Assembly: GCA_951406725.2 (NCBI GenBank)
Contig: OX597822.1
Coordinates: 81,282,001-81,346,000 of the forward strand
Origin: Octopus vulgaris
Lineage: Eukaryota
Direction: 5' to 3'
DNA: 64,000 nt
A program made the translations under genes and the position numbers. Below are positions 56,152 through 64,000 of the stretch, one piece after another. A model generated the notes under the pieces. That model made no database searches. It saw nothing but the letters and a program-made list of their open reading frames with translations, and had not been told where the DNA came from. Within the stretch, counting starts at the first letter, position 1. Each line of letters opens with the position of its first letter.

Positions 56152-56637
56152 CTTACTTTATCGACCCCGAAAGGATGAAAGGCAAAGTCAATCTCGGCGG
56201 AATTTGAACTCAGAACGTTAAGACAGACGAAATACCTGTTTCTTTACTACCCACAAGGGACTAAACACAGTGATGACAAACAGGGACAGGCAAACTGATT
56301 AAGTCGATTATATCGACCCCAGTGCGTAACTGGTATTTATTTAATCGACCCCGTAAGGATGAAAGGCAAAGACGACCTCAGCGGAATTTGAATTCAGAAT
56401 GTAAAGACAGACGAAATACCTATTTCTTTACTACCCACAAGGGGCTAAACACAGAGGGACAAACGGATTAAGTCGATTATATCGACCCCAGTGCGTAACT
56501 GGTACTTAATTTATCGACCCCGAAATGATGAAAGGCAAAGTCGACCTCGGCGGAATTTGAACTCAGAACGTAATGACAGACGAAATACCGCTAAGCATTT
56601 CGCCCGGCGTGCTAACGTATCTGCCAGCTCGCCGCCT
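56152..56637 (-). mobile_element. SINE type B with one head and a tandemly triplicated body
   Basis: 'tcgaccccg.aa.gatgaaaggcaaag' at about 56161, 56345 and 56514; single head at 56590-56637. Confidence 0.85.
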
Positions 56638-57269
56638 TAAACATCTTTAAATATAATAAAGTAAAGTTACCTTCTCGAGTTATATCACAAAGATTCCTCA
56701 TTTTCGCCAGCTGAGTGGAGGAATGTGAAATGAAGTGTTTTGCTCAAGAAAACAACGCGTCGCCCGGTTCGGAAATCGAAACCACAATCTTGTGGCCATG
56801 AGTCTAACCACTAAGCCACGTGTCTCCACATCTTTAAATACGACTAAAAGAGAACCGTTTCGTTAGAAACGTTTTGCTTGTGATTTCCATTGATTTAAGA
56901 AAAGTGACACCTTTGGCTTTCCTCCATAATTTAGGTGTTTATGTGTGAGGAAACACTTGCTGATGAATTTAAGCAGCCATATTCTGGATTCAGCTCTAAA
57001 ATGCTTTAACACCTGTCTTCACACCGTCTCAAGACCGTTTAGTTTTTCTTATTGATTCATAGTTTTACATCTTCTGTTAAGAACTTGTCAACACCTATCG
57101 TTTCCTCGTTTTCTAGAATATTGGTATCTCTTTGAAATTTGTCGCAACACAACTCTAATTGCAAGAACGCAATTAGACTTATGAACTGGATGATTCTTCT
57201 CCTTTAGATGAGATTTCGTTTTTTATTTGGTGGCGGGGGCGGTTTTTTTTTTTCCTCTTTGGCAGGTTT

Positions 57270-57710
57270 AAGCACGGGTGTGTGGTATAGAAGCTCGCTT
57301 AGCAAAACTATATGGTTACGGGTTCAGACCCACTGCGTGGCACTTTGGACAAACGTCTTCTACAATAGCTACAGGCTGACTAATCAATGCCTTGTGAGGG
57401 AATTTGCCTAACGGAAATTGTATGGAAACCCATTGTGTGTGTTTGTATGTATGTATGGGTGTATGTGTGTGTTTGTATCTGTGTGTCTCTGTAGCTGTGT
57501 GTGTGCATCTGTGTGTGCGTTTGTTCCTTCTATCGACTGGCAACCAGTGTTAGTTTGTTTACATCCCTGTGACCTAACGGTTCGGTAAAAGAGACCAATA
57601 AAATAAGTACCAGACTTACCAATAAACAGTGGCGCCGATTTGTTCGATTGAAACCGTTCAAGGCGGTGCCCCAGTATGGCCGCAGTCCTATGGCTGAAAC
57701 AATTAAAAGA
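57270..57710 (+). mobile_element. SINE type A
   Basis: full layout. Confidence 0.85.
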
Positions 57711-57954
57711 GACCAGAGAGAATAGCAGTTGTAATGTGAGGTGCGAGAAGAGAGAGATGCGCGCTCCACAAGAGTTTTATATGGATGAGAGGGGCGAACT
57801 TGGCCTAACTACATGGGCCCATACTAACTACGTGGCTCTACCCTGACCACAAAAACCGAGAGAAGTTATTTTCATTTGATATATTGAGGTAATCTATTCA
57901 TGTGTGGGTACCCTAACTTAAGTTTCCCCTGTCATTTGAGAGCTCTCATTTTTG

Positions 57955-58085
57955 CCGAAGTCTTCTTTGGCTTTCGTCTTTACGGGGTCGATGAAATAAA
58001 TAGCAGTTGAGTACTGGGGTCGATGTAATCGAATTAACCCCTCCTGCAAAATTTCAAACGTTGTGCCTATATAGTAGAGAGGGTT
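57955..58085 (+). mobile_element. SINE type B fragment
   Basis: 'ggggtcgatgaaataaa...gtactggggtcgatgtaatcg'. Confidence 0.7.
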
Positions 58086-58306
58086 ATTTAATGTTGTTGT
58101 TGCTGTTTCAATCTAGGAGAGACAATCACCGAAACAACACTTATTCAATTAATCTTCCTATAGCAACTTATTAAATTACAATCCGTCCCGAACTAATCTA
58201 CTGAATAAATTGAATGTCTGCAGTAAGACAATAAACAACTATTAGAAGAGAAAAAAACACGCTTGTTTATACCTTCATACATATGTATATATAGGTGTGT
58301 GTGTGC

Positions 58307-58377
<71 letters not shown>

Positions 58378-58924
58378 TGTGTGTTTTCATGTTTTTAATA
58401 TATACTGCCTTGTTTTTATACAATGACTTGGTCCATTTGTGATCTTTGTTGCTTGATTGTTAGCCGGTTATTTGATTTCAGCGACTTTTATTAAGATTCA
58501 CGTACCTCTTTAATTGTGCCTCTTCGTTTCACTTGTGAATAAATGAATAAATAAGTTGATGCGTTAAACGGTCGGCTTTAAACACCAGGCTTCTTCTTCG
58601 ATGTGCGATTGCATAGGTTTGACAGTGTCTGTTTGCGTGGCATATGTGTATGTGTGGCATACATGTGCATGTTTTCATCTGTGTTTGTGTGTACGTGCGT
58701 GTCCTTGTATGTATTCATGAATTTTTGCATGCGTGTTCATATACAACAGTTTATATTGCCAAACTCTAATAACGAATGCGAGAAGTGCCAAACATTTATA
58801 GCGTACTCTCGAATATATTATGCTGAGCAGATAGACAGATATGAAGACAAACAGACAGACAGACATACATACAGACAGACAGACAGACAGACAGACAGAT
58901 AGACAGATAGACAGACAGACAGAC

Positions 58925-58991
<67 letters not shown>

Positions 58992-59163
58992 CAAAGTGAA
59001 AGATAGATCTGTTTCTTTATTAGCCACACAGGGCCGCACACAGACGGGACAAATTACAAGGTAGAGCTTTTCTTTTTGGGGATAAAAAAAGGGGGTTTGG
59101 TTTTCGATCAAAAGGGATCGTAAAAGGAAAGAAAGAGGGAAGCAAAAGAAAGTGGGGGAGACT

Positions 59164-59237
<74 letters not shown>

Positions 59238-59254
59238 CTGATGGATAGACAGAC

Positions 59255-59349
<95 letters not shown>

Positions 59350-59579
59350 ATTTTTCATACGAAAGATGTATTATAAATTATCTCAAATAGCATATCGATG
59401 ATTTATTGTTTTTTTAACTTCATAAAAAATTGTAATACAAATATGCTATTTTGTCAAATGTAATGGAATTCCGAAAATATTTTGAGAATATTTTTTATCG
59501 CAATATGTCCGTCAAAAAAAAGGGTGTGGAAACCAAGGAAAAAGTGGTGGAGGAGTCTTTAGAAAATGTACCATATTTT

Positions 59580-59740
59580 TTCCTTTGTCTTTTACTTATT
59601 TCAGTTATCAGACTGCGGCCAAGCTGGGGTACCACCTTCAAAGGTTTTTAGTCAAATAAATCGACCCCAGTAGTTATTTTTTAAATAATTATTATAACGG
59701 TAACTTTTGCCAGACCGCTAAGTTACAAAGACATGAACTA
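59580..59740 (-). mobile_element. SINE type A 3' fragment
   Basis: 'tttcagttatcagactgcggccaagctgggg' is the reverse complement of the tail. Confidence 0.75.
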
Positions 59741-60140
59741 ATCATAATCGGACTATTGTTATTGTTATGGGCAAGGGAGATAACTGTTCAGCTTTCGGTA
59801 TATTAAAAATTATATTATAACTATGTAAAGTGTGTGTATTTTCCCTTTTTAATTTCTTATATATATTACAACTCACCACGTGGGCATAATCGAAATTCCT
59901 CTTGTCTGTTACTATTTTTTTTTCAGCTCAGAGCTGCGGCTATGCTGATGCACCGCCGTTTTGTGCTACACTGTTATTACGAAGAACCTCCTCTAATATG
60001 TGGCACTTGGTGAAGAATGGAGTTTGATATAGCTACTCTCATTTGCACCTCTTGCCGTGAGGTAGGTTCATCTGGGACTCTCGACAGGAAGATGTCCAGC
60101 TTTGATTTAAAAACTGCTACATCTACTTTGTGCAAGTTCT

Positions 60141-61913
60141 TCAGACTCTTTGGGAGAATATTAAAAAGCCCTTGAAACCCAGGCTGTTGCAGAAGCTGGT
60201 CCTGAAGCGTGATGGCATTGCTGGGATCTTTGGCACTATGCAGTGTCGTCCCGTTCTAGCATTGGTGTAGCTTACAATGCCAAAATTTGACACAATTCCT
60301 TCCAGGATCTTCCAGACATATATTACTGCATACCTCTCCCGTCTTCTCTCCAGGGAGTAGAGTCTTAGCTGTTTCAACCTTTCCCAGTAGCTGAGCTGTT
60401 GCAAAGAGACGATCTTCTTTGTGAATCTTCTCTGGATTACTTCAAGGTCCGCTGTAAATTTCACACTGGTGGGTGACCATAGCTGTGAACAGTAATCCAG
60501 GCGGCTGAGGACGAATGTCCGCCAGAGGACCATCATGGTTTCCTTATCTCTGGTTCTGAATGTTCTTAGGATCCATCCAGCCAGTCGTCTGCACTTTGTC
60601 GCCATCCTGGTAATGTTCACTTGGAAAGAGGTATCCTCACTCATGTCGATACCCAGGTCCCTCATAGACTTAGGCTCTGGGATTGAAATTCCCGGTGGAC
60701 CGGTGTATCCTGTAAGTTTAATATTCAGTTTTGGATGCTGGTAGCGCAGGGCCTGGAATTTTTCCGCATTAAACTGCATATTATTATCCTCAGTCCATCT
60801 GTAGATTGAGTCCAACTCCTGCTGCAGGTGTGCAACATCGCTGAGGTTCTGTATTTTCTGCGAGACTTTCGTATCGTCTGCATAGCTTGCCAGAGTGGCT
60901 ATCCGGGTATTTGAGGGCATATCTGAGAGGGCCACTATAAAAAGCAGTGGTCCCAAGACAGTGCCCTGTGGAACACCACTCACTATTTGTGTGTTCATAG
61001 AGCTGGCTCCATTAACAATTACTGCCTGACTCCTATCTTTCAGGAAGTCATGTAACCACATTCCAAGTTTTCCAGCTATGCCGAGGTCACGCAGTTTGTG
61101 GCATATCATACCATGATCCACCTTGTCAAAAGCTTTTGCAAAATCAAGGTAGATTACGTCCACATTTGATTTGTTGAGTAACCACCTCAACACCCATTCA
61201 TAATGTTGTAAGAGCTGGGTCAGGCAGCTCCTACCTGGTCGAAAACCATGCTGGGTATTACTCAGCATGTTATTTTCCTCAAGGAATGCGATTAGTTTCT
61301 TTCTGACTATCCGTTCCATGACTTTGCTGATGTGTGAAGTCAGAGCGATAGGCCTATCGTTTTTGGCATCTGCTCTACCTCCTTTATGTATTGGGCATAT
61401 TATTCCCTCCTTCAGCTTGCTTGACAGTTTGTCATTTGTAAGAAAGCTCTGGAAGAGAATCTTGAGGAGTTTTGCCAGGGCATGCTTACACACTTTGAGG
61501 AGGATTGCTGGGAAACCATCTGGACCAGCAGCTGAGTTTGTGTCCAATTCATCTATGGCTAGTAGGACATCTTCTTCGCTAATGTCAATGCATTCTATTG
61601 TAACCGCCTCGCTGGTTATAGGTGAGACGGCAAAGAAGTCCACTGGTTCGTTCACTTGTGTGTGTTCCAACGGGGTGGTAAAGACACTTTTGAACTGGAC
61701 ATTCAGCATCTCACTGATCTTAGTTGGACTGTCTGTGAGGGAGCCATCCTTTTGGAGGAGGGGTCCTATCATGTAGTGTACTGACACTGTTTCTTTCGCG
61801 TAATGAAAGAAGGCCTTTGGGTTTGATTTAATGTTTTTATAACCCAGGCTTCTTTGTCTTCCTGTCTCTTGGAATCTTGCTCCTATTTGTTTTGGCCTTG
61901 TGTTCTGGGACAT
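60141..61913 (-). pseudogene. LINE ORF2 reverse transcriptase portion (590-codon open segment of a frameshifted ORF2)
   Basis: motifs GPDG, RPIALTS, QHGFRPGRSC, YLDFAKAFDKV, GVPQGTVLGPLLF, YADDTK, RDLGI, LDYCSQLW. Confidence 0.95.
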
Positions 61914-61929
61914 ATTTCTGGCATACGGC

Positions 61930-62800
61930 TTACACAGAAGACATGAAACATTCTAGTTTCATGTCAATGTCTGGTGTGGAGAGACATTCCGGCCAGTCCT
62001 CTCTGAGGATCTCTTTTTGGATCGAATTCCAATCTGCTTTGTGGAAGTTCAGATTGGAGAGATTTCGGGTGCTTCCTTTAGGCTGTATGTCTCTGGTTAC
62101 TTTTGGTCCCAAACATAGACAGCTCTATTATGATATGATCCGAAACTAATGTCGGTGTCACTTTCACATCATGAATGATGTCCATATTGTTCGTGAAGCA
62201 GAGATCCAGAATGTTATTCGCCCTAGATGGTTTGAGTACAACTTGCTCCATGAATAAGGCGTTGGTGAGGTTGAGCAGGAACTCCACCTGTACTTGCTTG
62301 CAATGATTCATTCCTGAGAGTATGAGACCTTCGGGCGATTTGACGTTGGGGAAGCTGAAATCACCCATAAGAAATATGGTCACGTGGTGTTCTAGATTCA
62401 TGAGGATTTCTTTAATTCTTGTGAGGCAAACTTCAAACTTTCCTATGTGATTTGGAGCATCCGGTGGGCAATATGTATTGCATATGACTATATTATGTTG
62501 TCTTATGTATACAATTAAAGTGTCACATACCGAATTTGAGTATGTCATTAAGACCTGGGGTGTGAGGTCATCTCGGATGTATACAGCAACTCCACCATGG
62601 CTCTTTTCCCTTCTGTCTGTTCGCAGTATGGCATACTTTGGTATGTGTACTTATGCGTCCTCTATATCAGGTATGAGGTAAGTTTCCACGAGTGCTATGC
62701 ATAGGGCTTGATTGCATGCAGTAAGATCTGTCAGGAAAGAAATTTTGTTTCTATTTTGATGCAACAGGCCCCCAATATTTAGTAAAAGTATTGGGGTGAC
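61930..62800 (-). pseudogene. LINE ORF2 apurinic-like endonuclease domain, broken into several frames
   Basis: 'LLNIGGL', 'IALVETYL', 'YCPP', 'MGDFSFP', 'NILDLCFTN', 'SDH'. Confidence 0.9.
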
Positions 62801-63720
62801 GGCTGTGCAGGCGTTAGGGGAGGCCATCCCGTATCTGTTGACTGTGGTGATCTTGCATAGTGGTGGGCAGGGTTCCTTCTCTGTGCTTGGTGTAGCCAGG
62901 TTAGTTGCCGGACAATTCTTTGCGCCATGCATAAAAAAGACTCTTGCTCAGCTGCTGTGTTGCGCAGAACATCTGAGGAGCACACTTTTCTGAAAGTTTT
63001 CCTGGGAGACATTTCTTGTCTTCCCTCAGTAACGCTCTTCTCTTTGAGTCCCCTGAAGTTCTGGCGGGGTGTCGGGTGGACGAACCGGTAGTTTTTGCCG
63101 TCCTCCTCATGCCAACATTTGCCCCGCAGGTAGAACTTACAGGTTCCAGATTTCTTCTTTCCTAAAGTGTACTGGGTGGCATTGGATCCTCCATGAGGTT
63201 CTCTGCTGTTTGTGTGGTGGGTTGGGGTTTCAGCTTTGGTTGTTTTGCTTTTTCTTCCCTTTCCCTCCTTATTTTTGTTTTCGGTCCTTCCTTTTTTCTT
63301 CTGTTTTTCTAATTTCTCATTTCTTTGTAGGACCATTGGTACAGGGGGGCTTCCGGTTTCTGCTCCCTTGGCTCCCCTATCCTTCACTACTTGGTCGTTC
63401 ACCGGGGTAGGTGATCTATTTTCCTAAGAAACCCCTGGATCACAGAGACTTCCGGGTTCCTTCTCTTTTACGTCCTCTTCATCCTCATCAGCCTTGCCAC
63501 AATAATTTTCAATTATGTTATCCAATGTTTTGATGTGTGGTCTTATAAGAATGTAAGACCGGATAAATTCACCTTTTTTTCGTTCTATTTGGTCAATGGT
63601 TCTATGCAATCCATTGCTCTTCAGCGCAGCAGTGATGATGTTGTTCGGCGGATCGCCACTAGCAATCGTACATGCTCTTAGCAGAAGATTTAACTCTTTC
63701 TTTTCCCACTTTGGTGCCAT
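62800..63720 (-). pseudogene. LINE ORF1, disrupted; Myb/SANT-like N-terminus and CCCH-like zinc-finger remnant
   Basis: ATG at 63720 'MAPKWEKKELNLLL...IITAALKSNGLHRTIDQIERK'; 'CKFYLRGKCWHEEDGKNYRFVHP'. Confidence 0.6.
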
Positions 63721-64000
63721 CTTCGTTTTGAAGTCCAGAGGGGGAGTAGAGGCTAGAGAGGTAAGGACGGATAGAGAGAGGTAGAGACGGAGAAACACAG
63801 AAGGAGGAAATAGGGAAAGAGAGAGAGAAATATGAAGGAAAGAGAGAGGTGCTATGAAAGAAATCTAGAGGGTGATAGGAGGAAAGCAAGGGGCTGTGGT
63901 GTGTTAAAGAGATAGAGGAGGGGAGGGGATGAGAGGGGGAGAGGAGGGGAATAGAAGGAGAGACAGAGTGAAGGAGAAGAGGGGAAGAGAAAGAGAAGCA

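Larger units (their letters stand above)
59913..63750 (-). mobile_element. near-full-length decayed LINE (CR1/L2 group): ORF1, APE-RT ORF2, short 3' UTR, A-rich tail
   Basis: collinear ORF1, endonuclease and RT fragments; ends in a stem-loop and A run at about 59915-59935. Confidence 0.9.

Noticed and set aside
61267-61776. 169-aa plus-strand ORF
   Set aside because: Antisense shadow of the LINE RT coding sequence.

Overview
Eukaryotic, AT-rich, repeat-saturated DNA with no recognisable host gene. The very high microsatellite density and the SINE types suggest a coleoid cephalopod, probably Octopus (inference). Almost all ORFs in the supplied track are translations of microsatellites. The real coding remnants are all retroelement-derived: a near-full-length decayed APE-RT LINE (CR1/L2 group, about 59.9-63.75 kb, minus), three Penelope-like element (PLE) remnants (39.4-47 kb), and 3' ends of restriction-like-endonuclease LINEs. 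There are also about 30 SINE copies of three types, a non-autonomous Helitron and a hAT-like MITE. The main hidden signal is a dense set of type I hammerhead ribozyme (HHR) motifs: about 15 intact or near-intact motifs plus degenerate ones. They sit in short microsatellite-embedded elements and in PLE terminal repeats, often as inverted duplications. Highlights: (1) a 352-bp, extensively base-paired HHR unit with a 77-bp terminal redundancy (4394-4822), resembling a retrozyme or circRNA-derived insertion; (2) a ~200-bp HHR element family with a U at core position 6; (3) a LINE 3' tail that matches the tail of the commonest SINE, with a compensatory stem-loop. All folds were read by eye, no database was searched, and coordinates of degenerate repeats are approximate.
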